Below the pieces are notes generated by a model. The model was not told where the DNA came from. It made no database searches and saw nothing but the letters and a program-made list of their open reading frames with translations. A stretch of DNA of 64,000 nt from Leptogorgia sarmentosa (lineage: Eukaryota), in NCBI GenBank assembly GCA_964658305.1, contig OZ210885.1, forward strand, positions 14,384,001-14,448,000, in the 5' to 3' direction. Shown here piece by piece: positions 1-15,000 of this stretch. The translations under genes were made by a program, and so were the position numbers. The first letter of the stretch is position 1, and each line of letters starts with the position of its first letter.

Positions 1-3000
1 CTTCTTCATATATCACTGTTATTAACAGTGTTAGAGAAGTTGGTTTAAATATAGCAAAATTTCACCACATTTAACCAACCTTGATAAATTAAACGCCACA
101 TTGTCAATGACTCAAAAAAACAAGGTTGCTTCTTCATATATCACTGTTATGAAGGGTGTTGGAGAAGTTGGTTAAATTATAGCAAAATTTCACCACATTA
201 AACCAACCTTGATAAATTAAACGCCACATCATCAATGACTCAAAAAAACAAGGTTGCTTTTTTATGAAGGGTGTTAGAGAAGTTGGTTAAATTATAGCAA
301 AATTTCATCACATTTAACCAACCTTGATAAATTAAACGCCACATCATCAATGACTCAAAAAAACAAGTTTGCTTCTTCATATAACACTGTTATGAAGGGT
401 GTTGGAGAACTTGGTTAAATTATAGAAAAATTTCACCACATTTAACCAACCTTGATAAATTAAATGCCACATTGTCAATGACTCAAAAAAACAAGGTTGC
501 TTCTTCATATATCACTGTTATGAAGGGTGTTGGAGAAGTTGGTTAAATTATAGCAAAATTTCACCACATTTAACCAATCTTGATAAATTAAATGCCACAT
601 GGTCAATGACTCAAAAAAACAAGGTTGCTTCTTCATATATCACTGTTATGAAGGGTGTTAGAGAAGTTGATTAAAATATACCAAAATTTCACCACATTTA
701 ACCAACCTTGATAAATTAAATGCCACATCGTCAATGACTCAAAAAAACAAGGTTGCTTGTTCATATATCACTGTTGTGAAGGGTGTTGGAGAAGTTCGTT
801 AAAATATAGCAACATTTCGCCACATTGAACCAACCTTGATAAATTAAACGCCACGTCGTCAATGGCTCAAAAAAACAAGGTTGCTTCTTCATATATCACT
901 GTTATGAAGGGTGTTAGAGAAGTTGGTTTATAGCAAAATTTCACCACATTTAACCAACCTTGATAAATTAAACGCCACATCATCAATGACTCAAAAAAAC
1001 AAGGTTGCTTTTTTATGAAAGGTGTTAGAGAAGTTGGTTAAATTATAGCAAAATTTCACCACATTTATCCAACCTTGATAAATTAAACGCCACTTTGTCA
1101 ATGACTCAAAAAACAAGGTTGCTTCTTCATATATCACTGTTATTAACAGTGTTAGAGAAGTTGGTTTAAATATAGCAAAATTTCACCACATTTAACCAAC
1201 CTTGATAAATTAAACGCCACATTGTCAATGACTCAAAAAAACAAGGTTGCTTCTTCATATATCACTGTTATGAAGGGTGTTGGAGAAGTTGGTTAAATTA
1301 TAGCAAAATTTCACCACATTTAAGCAACCTTGATAAATTAAACGCCACATCGTGAATGACTAAAAAAAACAAGGTTGCTTCTTCATATATCACTGTTATG
1401 AAGGGTGTTAGAGAAGTTGATTTAAATATAGCAAAATTTCACCACATTTAACCAACCTTGATAAATTAAATGCCACATCGTCAATGACTAAAAAAAACAA
1501 GGTTGCTTTTTGATGAAAGGTGTTAGAGAAGTTGGTTAAATTATAGCAAAATTTCACCACATTTATCAAACCTTGATAAATTAAACGCCACATTGTCAAT
1601 GACTAAAAAAACAAGCTTGCTTCTTCATATATCACTGTCATTAACGGTGTTAGAGAAGTTGGTTTATAGCAAAATTTCACCACATTTAACCAACCTTGAT
1701 AAATTAAACGCCACATCATCAATGACTCAAAAAAACAAGGTTGCTTTTTTATGAAGGGTGTTAGAGAATTTGGGTAAATTATAGCAAAATTTCACCACAT
1801 TTATCCAACCTTGATAAATTAAACGCCACATTGTCAATGACTCAAAAAACAAGGTTGCTTCTTCATATATCACTGTTATTAACAGTGTTAGAGAAGTTGG
1901 TTTAAATATAGCAAAATTTCACCACATTTAACCAACCTTGATAAATTAAACGCCACATTGTCAATGACTCAAAAAAACAAGGTTGCTTCTTCATATATCA
2001 CTGTTATGAAGGGTGTTGGAGAAGTTGGTTAAATTATAGCAAAATTTCACCACATACAAACCAACGTTGATAAATTAAACGCCACATCATCAATGACTCA
2101 AAAAAACAAGGTTGCTTTTTTATGAAGGGTGTTAGAGAAGTTGGTTAAATTATAGCAAAATTTCATCACATTTAACCAACCTTGATAAATTAAACGCCAC
2201 ATCATCAATGACTCAAAAAAACAAGTTTGCTTCTTCATATAACACTGTTATGAAGGGTGTTGGAGAACTTGGTTAAATTATAGAAAAATTTCACCACATT
2301 TAACCAACCTTGATAAATTAAATGCCACATTGTCAATGACTCAAAAAAACAAGGTTGCTTCTTCATATATCACTGTTATGAAGGGTGTTGGAGAAGTTGG
2401 TTAAATTATAGCAAAATTTCACCACATTTAACCAATCTTGATAAATTAAATGCCACATGGTCAATGACTCAAAAAAACAAGGTTGCTTCTTCATATATCA
2501 CTGTTATGAAGGGTGTTAGAGAAGTTGATTAAAATATACCAAAATTTCACCACATTTAACCAACCTTGATAAATTAAATGCCACATCGTCAATGACTCAA
2601 AAAAACAAGGTTGCTTGTTCATATATCACTGTTGTGAAGGGTGTTGGAGAAGTTCGTTAAAATATAGCAACATTTCGCCACATTGAACCAACCTTGATAA
2701 ATTAAACGCCACGTCGTCAATGGCTCAAAAAAACAAGGTTGCTTCTTCATATATCACTGTTATGAAGGGTGTTAGAGAAGTTGGTTTATAGCAAAATTTC
2801 ACCACATTTAACCAACCTTGATAAATTAAACGCCACATCATCAATGACTCAAAAAAACAAGGTTGCTTTTTTATGAAAGGTGTTAGAGAAGTTGGTTAAA
2901 TTATAGCAAAATTTCACCACATTTATCCAACCTTGATAAATTAAACGCCACTTTGTCAATGACTCAAAAAACAAGGTTGCTTCTTCATATATCACTGTTA

Positions 3001-6000
3001 TTAACAGTGTTAGAGAAGTTGGTTTAAATATAGCAAAATTTCACCACATTTAACCAACCTTGATAAATTAAACGCCACATTGTCAATGACTCAAAAAAAC
3101 AAGGTTGCTTCTTCATATATCACTGTTATGAAGGGTGTTGGAGAAGTTGGTTAAATTATAGCAAAATTTCACCACATTTAAGCAACCTTGATAAATTAAA
3201 CGCCACATCGTGAATGACTAAAAAAAACAAGGTTGCTTCTTCATATATCACTGTTATGAAGGGTGTTAGAGAAGTTGATTTAAATATAGCAAAATTTCAC
3301 CACATTTAACCAACCTTGATAAATTAAATGCCACATCGTCAATGACTAAAAAAAACAAGGTTGCTTTTTGATGAAAGGTGTTAGAGAAGTTGGTTAAATT
3401 ATAGCAAAATTTCACCACATTTATCAAACCTTGATAAATTAAACGCCACATTGTCAATGACTAAAAAAACAAGCTTGCTTCTTCATATATCACTGTCATT
3501 AACGGTGTTAGAGAAGTTGGTTTATAGCAAAATTTCACCACATTTAACCAACCTTGATAAATTAAACGCCACATCATCAATGACTCAAAAAAACAAGGTT
3601 GCTTTTTTATGAAGGGTGTTAGAGAATTTGGGTAAATTATAGCAAAATTTCACCACATTTATCCAACCTTGATAAATTAAACGCCACATTGTCAATGACT
3701 CAAAAAACAAGGTTGCTTCTTCATATATCACTGTTATTAACAGTGTTAGAGAAGTTGGTTTAAATATAGCAAAATTTCACCACATTTAACCAACCTTGAT
3801 AAATTAAACGCCACATTGTCAATGACTCAAAAAAACAAGGTTGCTTCTTCATATATCACTGTTATGAAGGGTGTTGGAGAAGTTGGTTAAATTATAGCAA
3901 AATTTCACCACATACAAACCAACGTTGATAAATTAAACGCCACATCATCAATGACTCAAAAAAACAAGGTTGCTTTTTTATGAAGGGTGTTAGAGAAGTT
4001 GGTTAAATTATAGCAAAATTTCATCACATTTAACCAACCTTGATAAATTAAACGCCACATTGTGAATGACTCAAAAAAACAAGGTTGCTTCTTCATATAT
4101 CACTGTTATGAAGGGTGTTAGAGAAGTTGGTTTAAATAAAGCAACATTTCACCACATTTAACCAACCTTGATAAATTAAACGCCACATTGTCAATGACTA
4201 AAAAAACAAGGTTGCTTCTTCACATATCACTGTTACTAACGGTGTTAGAGAAGTTGGTTTATAGCAAAATTTCACCACATTTAACCAACCTTGATAAATT
4301 AAACGCCACATCATCAATGACTCAAAAAAACAAGTTTGCTTCTTCATATAACACTGTTATGAAGGGTGTTGGAGAACTTGGTTAAATTATAGAAAAATTT
4401 CACCACATTTAACCAACCTTGATAAATTAAATGCCACATTGTCAATGACTCAAAAAAACAAGGTTGCTTCTTCATATATCACTGTTATGAAGGGTGTTAG
4501 AGAAGTTAGTTAAAATATACCAAAATTTCACCACATTTAACCAACCTTGATAAATTAAATGCCACATCGTCAATGACTCAAAAAAACAAGGTTGCTTGTT
4601 CATATATCACTGTTATGAAGGGTGTTAGAGAAGTTCGTTAAAATATAGCAACATTTCGCCACATTGAACCAACCTTGATAAATTAAACGCCACGTCGTCA
4701 ATGGCTCAAAAAAACAAGGTTGCTTCTTCATATATCACTGTTATGAAGGGTGTTAGAGAAGTTGGTTAAATTATAGCAAAATTTCACCACATTTAACCAA
4801 CCTTAATAAATTAAACGCCACATTGTCAATGACTCAAAAAACAAGGTTGCTTCTTCATATATCACTGTTATTAATGGTGTTAGAGAAGTTGGTTTAAATA
4901 TAGCAAAATTTCACCACATTTAACCAACCTTGATAAATTAAACGCCACATCATCAATGACACAAAAAACAAGGTTGCTTCTTCATATATCACTGTTATGA
5001 AGGGTGTTAGAGAAGTTGGTTAAATTATAGCAAAATTTCACCACATTTAACCAACCTTAATAAATTAAACGCCACATTGTCAATGACTCAAAACACAAGG
5101 TTGCTTCTTCATATATCACTGTTATTAATGGTGTTGGAGAAGTTGGTTTAAATATAGCAAAATTTCACCACATTTAACCAACCTTGATAAATTAAACGCC
5201 ACGTCATCAATGACTCAAAAAACAAGGTTGCTTCTTCATATATCACTGTTATTAACGGTGTTAGAGAAGTTGGTTTATAGCAAAATTTCACCACATTTAA
5301 CCAACCTTGATAAATTAAACGCCACATCGTCAATGACTCAAAAAAACAAGGTTGCTTTTTTATGAAAGGTGTTAGAGAAGTTGGTTAAATTATAGCAAAA
5401 TTTCACCACATTTAACCAACCTTGATAAATTAAATGCCACATCGTCAATGACTAAAAAAAACAAGGTTGCTTTTTGATGAAAGGTGTTAGAGAAGTTGGT
5501 TAAATTATAGCAAAATTTCACCACATTTATCAAACCTTGATAAATTAAACGCCACATTGTCAATGACTAAAAAAACAAGGTTGCTTCTTCATATATCACT
5601 GTCATTAACGGTGTTAGAGAAGTTGGTTTATAGCAAAATTTCACCACATTTAACCAACCTTGATAAATTAAACGCCACATCATCAATGACTCAAAAAAAC
5701 AAGGTTGCTTTTTTATGAAGGGTGTTAGAGAATTTGGGTAAATTATAGCAAAATTTCACCACATTTATCCAACCTTGATAAATTAAACGCCACATTGTCA
5801 ATGACTCAAAAAACAAGGTTGCTTCTTCATATATCACTGTTATTAACAGTGTTAGAGAAGTTGGTTTAAATATAGCAAAATTTCACCACATTTAACCAAC
5901 CTTGATAAATTAAACGCCACATTGTCAATGACTCAAAAAAACAAGGTTGCTTCTTCATATATCACTGTTATGAAGGGTGTTGGAGAAGTTGGTTAAATTA

Positions 6001-9000
6001 TAGCAAAATTTCACCACATTAAACCAACCTTGATAAATTAAACGCCACATCATCAATGACTCAAAAAAACAAGGTTGCTTTTTTATGAAGGGTGTTAGAG
6101 AAGTTGGTTAAATTATAGCAAAATTTCATCACATTTAACCAACCTTGATAAATTAAACGCCACATCATCAATGACTCAAAAAAACAAGTTTGCTTCTTCA
6201 TATAACACTGTTATGAAGGGTGTTGGAGAACTTGGTTAAATTATAGAAAAATTTCACCACATTTAACCAACCTTGATAAATTAAATGCCACATTGTCAAT
6301 GACTCAAAAAAACAAGGTTGCTTCTTCATATATCACTGTTATGAAGGGTGTTGGAGAAGTTGGTTAAATTATAGCAAAATTTCACCACATTTAACCAATC
6401 TTGATAAATTAAATGCCACATGGTCAATGACTCAAAAAAACAAGGTTGCTTCTTCATATATCACTGTTATGAAGGGTGTTAGAGAAGTTGATTAAAATAT
6501 ACCAAAATTTCACCACATTTAACCAACCTTGATAAATTAAATGCCACATCGTCAATGACTCAAAAAAACAAGGTTGCTTGTTCATATATCACTGTTGTGA
6601 AGGGTGTTGGAGAAGTTCGTTAAAATATAGCAACATTTCGCCACATTGAACCAACCTTGATAAATTAAACGCCACGTCGTCAATGGCTCAAAAAAACAAG
6701 GTTGCTTCTTCATATATCACTGTTATGAAGGGTGTTAGAGAAGTTGGTTTATAGCAAAATTTCACCACATTTAACCAACCTTGATAAATTAAACGCCACA
6801 TCATCAATGACTCAAAAAAACAAGGTTGCTTTTTTATGAAAGGTGTTAGAGAAGTTGGTTAAATTATAGCAAAATTTCACCACATTTATCCAACCTTGAT
6901 AAATTAAACGCCACTTTGTCAATGACTCAAAAAACAAGGTTGCTTCTTCATATATCACTGTTATTAACAGTGTTAGAGAAGTTGGTTTAAATATAGCAAA
7001 ATTTCACCACATTTAACCAACCTTGATAAATTAAACGCCACATTGTCAATGACTCAAAAAAACAAGGTTGCTTCTTCATATATCACTGTTATGAAGGGTG
7101 TTGGAGAAGTTGGTTAAATTATAGCAAAATTTCACCACATTTAAGCAACCTTGATAAATTAAACGCCACATCGTGAATGACTAAAAAAAACAAGGTTGCT
7201 TCTTCATATATCACTGTTATGAAGGGTGTTAGAGAAGTTGATTTAAATATAGCAAAATTTCACCACATTTAACCAACCTTGATAAATTAAATGCCACATC
7301 GTCAATGACTAAAAAAAACAAGGTTGCTTTTTGATGAAAGGTGTTAGAGAAGTTGGTTAAATTATAGCAAAATTTCACCACATTTATCAAACCTTGATAA
7401 ATTAAACGCCACATTGTCAATGACTAAAAAAACAAGCTTGCTTCTTCATATATCACTGTCATTAACGGTGTTAGAGAAGTTGGTTTATAGCAAAATTTCA
7501 CCACATTTAACCAACCTTGATAAATTAAACGCCACATCATCAATGACTCAAAAAAACAAGGTTGCTTTTTTATGAAGGGTGTTAGAGAATTTGGGTAAAT
7601 TATAGCAAAATTTCACCACATTTATCCAACCTTGATAAATTAAACGCCACATTGTCAATGACTCAAAAAACAAGGTTGCTTCTTCATATATCACTGTTAT
7701 TAACAGTGTTAGAGAAGTTGGTTTAAATATAGCAAAATTTCACCACATTTAACCAACCTTGATAAATTAAACGCCACATTGTCAATGACTCAAAAAAACA
7801 AGGTTGCTTCTTCATATATCACTGTTATGAAGGGTGTTGGAGAAGTTGGTTAAATTATAGCAAAATTTCACCACATTAAACCAACGTTGATAAATTAAAC
7901 GCCACATCATCAATGACTCAAAAAAACAAGGTTGCTTTTTTATGAAGGGTGTTAGAGAAGTTGGTTAAATTATAGCAAAATTTCATCACATTTAACCAAC
8001 CTTGATAAATTAAACGCCACATTGTGAATGACTCAAAAAAACAAGGTTGCTTCTTCATATATCACTGTTATGAAGGGTGTTAGAGAAGTTGGTTTAAATA
8101 AAGCAACATTTCACCACATTTAACCAACCTTGATAAATTAAACGCCACATTGTCAATGACTAAAAAAACAAGGTTGCTTCTTCACATATCACTGTTACTA
8201 ACGGTGTTAGAGAAGTTGGTTTATAGCAAAATTTCACCACATTTAACCAACCTTGATAAATTAAACGCCACATCATCAATGACTCAAAAAAACAAGTTTG
8301 CTTCTTCATATAACACTGTTATGAAGGGTGTTGGAGAACTTGGTTAAATTATAGAAAAATTTCACCACATTTAACCAACCTTGATAAATTAAATGCCACA
8401 TTGTCAATGACTCAAAAAAACAAGGTTGCTTCTTCATATATCACTGTTATGAAGGGTGTTGGAGAAGTTGGTTAAATTATAGCAAAATTTCACCACATTT
8501 AACCAATCTTGATAAATTAAATGCCACATGGTCAATGACTCAAAAAAACAAGGTTGCTTCTTCATATATCACTGTTATGAAGGGTGTTAGAGAAGTTGAT
8601 TAAAATATACCAAAATTTCACCACATTTAACCAACCTTGATAAATTAAATGCCACATCGTCAATGACTCAAAAAAACAAGGTTGCTTGTTCATATATCAC
8701 TGTTGTGAAGGGTGTTGGAGAAGTTCGTTAAAATATAGCAACATTTCGCCACATTGAACCAACCTTGATAAATTAAACGCCACGTCGTCAATGGCTCAAA
8801 AAAACAAGGTTGCTTCTTCATATATCACTGTTATGAAGGGTGTTAGAGAAGTTGGTTTATAGCAAAATTTCACCACATTTAACCAACCTTGATAAATTAA
8901 ACGCCACATCATCAATGACTCAAAAAAACAAGGTTGCTTTTTTATGAAAGGTGTTAGAGAAGTTGGTTAAATTATAGCAAAATTTCACCACATTTATCCA

Positions 9001-12000
9001 ACCTTGATAAATTAAACGCCACTTTGTCAATGACTCAAAAAACAAGGTTGCTTCTTCATATATCACTGTTATTAACAGTGTTAGAGAAGTTGGTTTAAAT
9101 ATAGCAAAATTTCACCACATTTAACCAACCTTGATAAATTAAACGCCACATTGTCAATGACTCAAAAAAACAAGGTTGCTTCTTCATATATCACTGTTAT
9201 GAAGGGTGTTGGAGAAGTTGGTTAAATTATAGCAAAATTTCACCACATTTAAGCAACCTTGATAAATTAAACGCCACATCGTGAATGACTAAAAAAAACA
9301 AGGTTGCTTCTTCATATATCACTGTTATGAAGGGTGTTAGAGAAGTTGATTTAAATATAGCAAAATTTCACCACATTTAACCAACCTTGATAAATTAAAT
9401 GCCACATCGTCAATGACTAAAAAAAACAAGGTTGCTTTTTGATGAAAGGTGTTAGAGAAGTTGGTTAAATTATAGCAAAATTTCACCACATTTATCAAAC
9501 CTTGATAAATTAAACGCCACATTGTCAATGACTCAAAAAACAAGGTTGCTTCTTCATATATCACTGTTATTAATGGTGTTAGAGAAGTTGGTTTATAGCA
9601 AAATTTCACCACATTTAACCAACCTTGATAAATTAAACGCCACATCATCAATGACTCAAAAAAACAAGGTTGCTTTTTTATGAAGGGTGTTAGAGAATTT
9701 GGGTAAATTATAGCAAAATTTCACCACATTTATCCAACCTTGATAAATTAAACGCCACATTGTCAATGACTCAAAAAACAAGGTTGCTTCTTCATATATC
9801 ACTGTTATTAACAGTGTTAGAGAAGTTGGTTTAAATATAGCAAAATTTCACCACATTTAACCAACCTTGATAAATTAAACGCCACATTGTCAATGACTCA
9901 AAAAAAACAAGGTTGCTTCTTCATATATCACTGTTATGAAGGGTGTTGGAGAAGTTGGTTAAATTATAGCAAAATTTCACCACATTTAACCAACCTTGAT
10001 AAATTAAACGCCACACTGTGAATGACTAAAAAAAACAAGGTTGCTTCTTCATATATCACTGTTATGAAGGGTGTTAGAGAAGTTGGTTTAAATATAGCAA
10101 AATTTCACCACATTTATCCAACCTTGATAAATTAAACGGCACATTGTCAATGACTCAAAAAACAAGGTTGCTTCTTCATATATCACTGTTATGAAGGGTG
10201 TTGGAGAAGTTGGTTAAATTATAGCAAAATTTCACCACATTCATCAAACCTTGATAAATTAAATGCCACATTGTCAATGACTCAAAAAACAAGGTTCCTT
10301 CTTCATATATCACTGTTATTAACAGTGTTAGAGTAGTTGGTTTATAGCAAAATTTCACCACATTTAACCAACCTTGATAAATTAAACGCCACATCATCAA
10401 TGACTCAAAAAAACAAGGTTGCTTTTTTATGAAGGGTGTTAGAGAATTTGGGTAAATTATAGCAAAATTTCACCACATTTAACCAACCTTGATAAATTAA
10501 ACGCCACATCATCAATGACTCAAAAAAACAAGGTTGCTTTTTTATGAAGGGTGTTAGAGAATTTGGGTAAATTATAGCAAAATTTCACCACATTTATCCA
10601 ACCTTCATAAATTAAACGCCACTTTGTCAATGACTCAAAAAACAAGGTTGCTTCTTCATATATCACTGTTATTAACGGTGTTAGACAAGTTGATTTAAAT
10701 ATAGCAAAATTTCACCACATTTAACCGACCTTGATAAATTAAACGCCACATCATCAATGACTCAAAAAAACAAGGTTGCTTTTTTATGAAGGGTGTTAGA
10801 GAATTTAGGGTAAATTATAGCAAAATTTCACCACATTTATCCAACCTTGATAAATTAAAGGCCACATTGTCAATGACTCAAAAAACAAGGTTGCTTCTTC
10901 ACATATCACTGTTACTAACGGTGTTAGAGAAGTTGGTTTATAGCAAAATATCACCACAGTTAACCAACCTTAATCAATTAAACGCCATATCATCAATGAC
11001 TAAAAAAAACAAGGTTGCTTCTTCATATAACACTGTTATGAAGGGTGTTAGAGAAGTTGGTTAAATTATAGCAAAATTTCACCACATTTAACCAACCTTG
11101 ATAAATTAAACGCCACACTGTGAATGACTAAAAAAAACAAGGTTGCTTCTTCATATATCACTGTTATGAAGGGTGTTAGAGAAGTTGGTTTAAATATAGC
11201 AAAATTTCACCACATTTAACCAACCTTGATAAATTAAACGCCACATCATCAATGACTCAAAAAAACAAGGTTGCTTTTTTATGAAGGGTGTTAGAGAATT
11301 TGGGTAAATTATAGCAAAATTTCACCACATTTATCCAACCTTGATAAATTAAACGCCACATTGTCAATGACTCAAAAAACAAGGTTGCTTCTTCATATAT
11401 CACTGTTATGAAGGGTGTTAGAGAAGTTGGTTTAAATAAAGCAACATTTCACCACATTTAACCAACCTTGATAAATTAAACGCCACGTCATCAATGACTC
11501 AAAAAACAAGGTTGCTTCTTCATATATCACTGTTATTAACGGTGTTAGAGAAGTTGGTTTATAGCAAAATTTCACCACATTTAACCAACCTTGATAAATT
11601 AAACGCCACATCGTCAATGACTCAAAAAAACAAGGTTGCTTTTTTATGAAAGGTGTTAGAGAAGTTGGTTAAATTATAGCAAAATTTCACCACATTTAAC
11701 CAACCTTGATAAATTAAATGCCACATCGTCAATGACTAAAAAAAACAAGGTTGCTTTTTGATGAAAGGTGTTAGAGAAGTTGGTTAAATTATAGCAAAAT
11801 TTCACCACATTTATCAAACCTTGATAAATTAAACGCCACATTGTCAATGACTAAAAAAACAAGGTTGCTTCTTCATATATCACTGTCATTAACGGTGTTA
11901 GAGAAGTTGGTTTATAGCAAAATTTCACCACATTTAACCAACCTTGATAAATTAAACGCCACATCATCAATGACTCAAAAAAACAAGGTTGCTTTTTTAT

Positions 12001-15000
12001 GAAGGGTGTTAGAGAATTTGGGTAAATTATAGCAAAATTTCACCACATTTATCCAACCTTGATAAATTAAACGCCACATTGTCAATGACTCAAAAAACAA
12101 GGTTGCTTCTTCATATATCACTATTATGAAGGGTGTTAGAGAAGTTGGTTTAAATAAAGCAACATTTCACCACATTTAACCAACCTTGATAAATTAAACG
12201 CCACATTGTCAATGACTAAAAAAACAAGGTTGCTTCTTCACATATCACTGTTACTAACGGTGTTAGAGAAGTTGGTTTATAGCAAAATTTCACCACATTT
12301 AACCAACCTTGATAAATTAAACGCCACATCATCAATGACTCAAAAAAACAAGTTTGCTTCTTCATATAACACTGTTATGAAGGGTGTTGGAGAACTTGGT
12401 TAAATTATAGAAAAATTTCACCACATTTAACCAACCTTGATAAATTAAATGCCACATTGTCAATGACTCAAAAAAACAAGGTTGCTTCTTCATATATCAC
12501 TGTTATGAAGGGTGTTGGAGAAGTTGGTTAAATTATAGCAAAATTTCACCACATTTAACCAATCTTGATAAATTAAATGCCACATGGTCAATGACTCAAA
12601 AAAACAAGGTTGCTTCTTCATATATCACTGTTATGAAGGGTGTTAGAGAAGTTGATTAAAATATACCAAAATTTCACCACATTTAACCAACCTTGATAAA
12701 TTAAATGCCACATCGTCAATGACTCAAAAAAACAAGGTTGCTTGTTCATATATCACTGTTGTGAAGGGTGTTGGAGAAGTTCGTTAAAATATAGCAACAT
12801 TTCGCCACATTGAACCAACCTTGATAAATTAAACGCCACGTCGTCAATGGCTCAAAAAAACAAGGTTGCTTCTTCATATATCACTGTTATGAAGGGTGTT
12901 AGAGAAGTTGGTTTATAGGAAAATTTCACCACATTTAACCAACCTTGATAAATTAAACGCCACATCATCAATGACTCAAAAAAACAAGGTTGCTTTTTTA
13001 TGAAAGGTGTTAGAGAAGTTGGTTAAATTATAGCAAAATTTCACCACATTTATCCAACCTTGATAAATTAAACGCCACTTTGTCAATGACTCAAAAAACA
13101 AGGTTGCTTCTTCATATATCACTGTTATTAACAGTGTTAGAGAAGTTGGTTTAAATATAGCAAAATTTCACCACATTTAACCAACCTTGATAAATTAAAC
13201 GCCACATTGTCAATGACTAAAAAAAACAAGGTTGCTTCTTCATATATCACTGTTATGAAGGGTGTTGGAGAAGTTGGTTAAATTATAGCAAAATTTCACC
13301 ACATTTAAGCAACCTTGATAAATTAAACGCCACATCGTGAATGACTAAAAAAAACAAGGTTGCTTCTTCATATATCACTGTTATGAAGGGTGTTAGAGAA
13401 GTTGGTTTAAATATAGCAAAATTTCACCACATTTATCCAACCTTGATAAATTAAACGGCACATTGTCAATGACTCAAAAAACAAGGTTGCTTCTTCATAT
13501 ATCACTGTTATGAAGGGTGTTGGAGAAGTTGGTTAAATTATAGCAAAATTTCACCACATTCATCAAACCTTGATAAATTAAATGCCACATTGTCAATGAC
13601 TCAAAAAACAAGGTTCCTTCTTCATATATCACTGTTATTAACAGTGTTAGAGTAGTTGGTTTATAGCAAAATTTCACCACATTTAACCAACCTTGATAAA
13701 TTAAACGCCACATCATCAATGACTCAAAAAAACAAGGTTGCTTTTTTATGAAGGGTGTTAGAGAATTTGGGTAAATTATAGCAAAATTTCACCACATTTA
13801 ACCAACCTTGATAAATTAAACGCCACATCATCAATGACTCAAAAAAACAAGGTTGCTTTTTTATGAAGGGTGTTAGAGAATTTGGGTAAATTATAGCAAA
13901 ATTTCACCACATTTATCCAACCTTCATAAATTAAACGCCACTTTGTCAATGACTCAAAAAACAAGGTTGCTTCTTCATATATCACTGTTATTAACGGTGT
14001 TAGACAAGTTGATTTAAATATAGCAAAATTTCACCACATTTAACCAACCTTGATAAATTAAACGCCACATCATCAATGACTCAAAAAAACAAGGTTGCTT
14101 TTTTATGAAGGGTGTTAGAGAATTTGGGTAAATTATAGCAAAATTTCACCACATTTATCCAACCTTGATAAATTAAAGGCCACATTGTCAATGACTCAAA
14201 AAACAAGGTTGCTTCTTCACATATCACTGTTACTAACGGTGTTAGAGAAGTTGGTTTATAGCAAAATATCACCACAGTTAACCAACCTTAATCAATTAAA
14301 CGCCATATCATCAATGACTAAAAAAAACAAGGTTGCTTCTTCATATAACACTGTTATGAAGGGTGTTAGAGAAGTTGGTTAAATTATAGCAAAATTTCAC
14401 CACATTTAACCAACCTTGATAAATTAAACGCCACACTGTGAATGACTAAAAAAAACAAGGTTGCTTCTTCATATATCACTGTTATGAAGGGTGTTAGAGA
14501 AGTTGGTTTAAATATAGCAAAATTTCACCACATTTAACCACCCTTGATCAATTAAACGCCACATTGTCAATGACTCAAAAAAACAAGGTTGCTTTTTTAT
14601 GAAGGGTGTTAGAGAAGTTGGTTAAATTATAGCATAATTTCACCACATTTAACCAACCTTGATAAATTAAATGCCACATCGTCAATGACTAAAAAAAACA
14701 AGGTTGCTTTTTTATGAAAGGTGTTAGAGAAGTTGGTTAAATTATAGCAAAATTTCACCACATTTATCAAACCTTGATAAATTAAATGCCACATTGTCAA
14801 TGACTCAAAAAACAAGGTTGCTTCTTCATATATCACTGTTATTAACAGTGTTAGAGTAGTTGGTTTATAGCAAAATTTCACCACATTTAACCAACCTTGA
14901 TAAATTAAACGCCACATCATCAATGACTCAAAAAAACAAGGTTGCTTTTTTATGAAGGGTGTTAGAGAAGTTGGGTAAATTATAGCAAAATTTCACCACA

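Noticed and set aside
107..113. AP-1-like TGACTCA motif in most monomers
   Set aside because: It is a 7-mer multiplied by array amplification and often mutated to tgactaa; the sequence gives no evidence of function.
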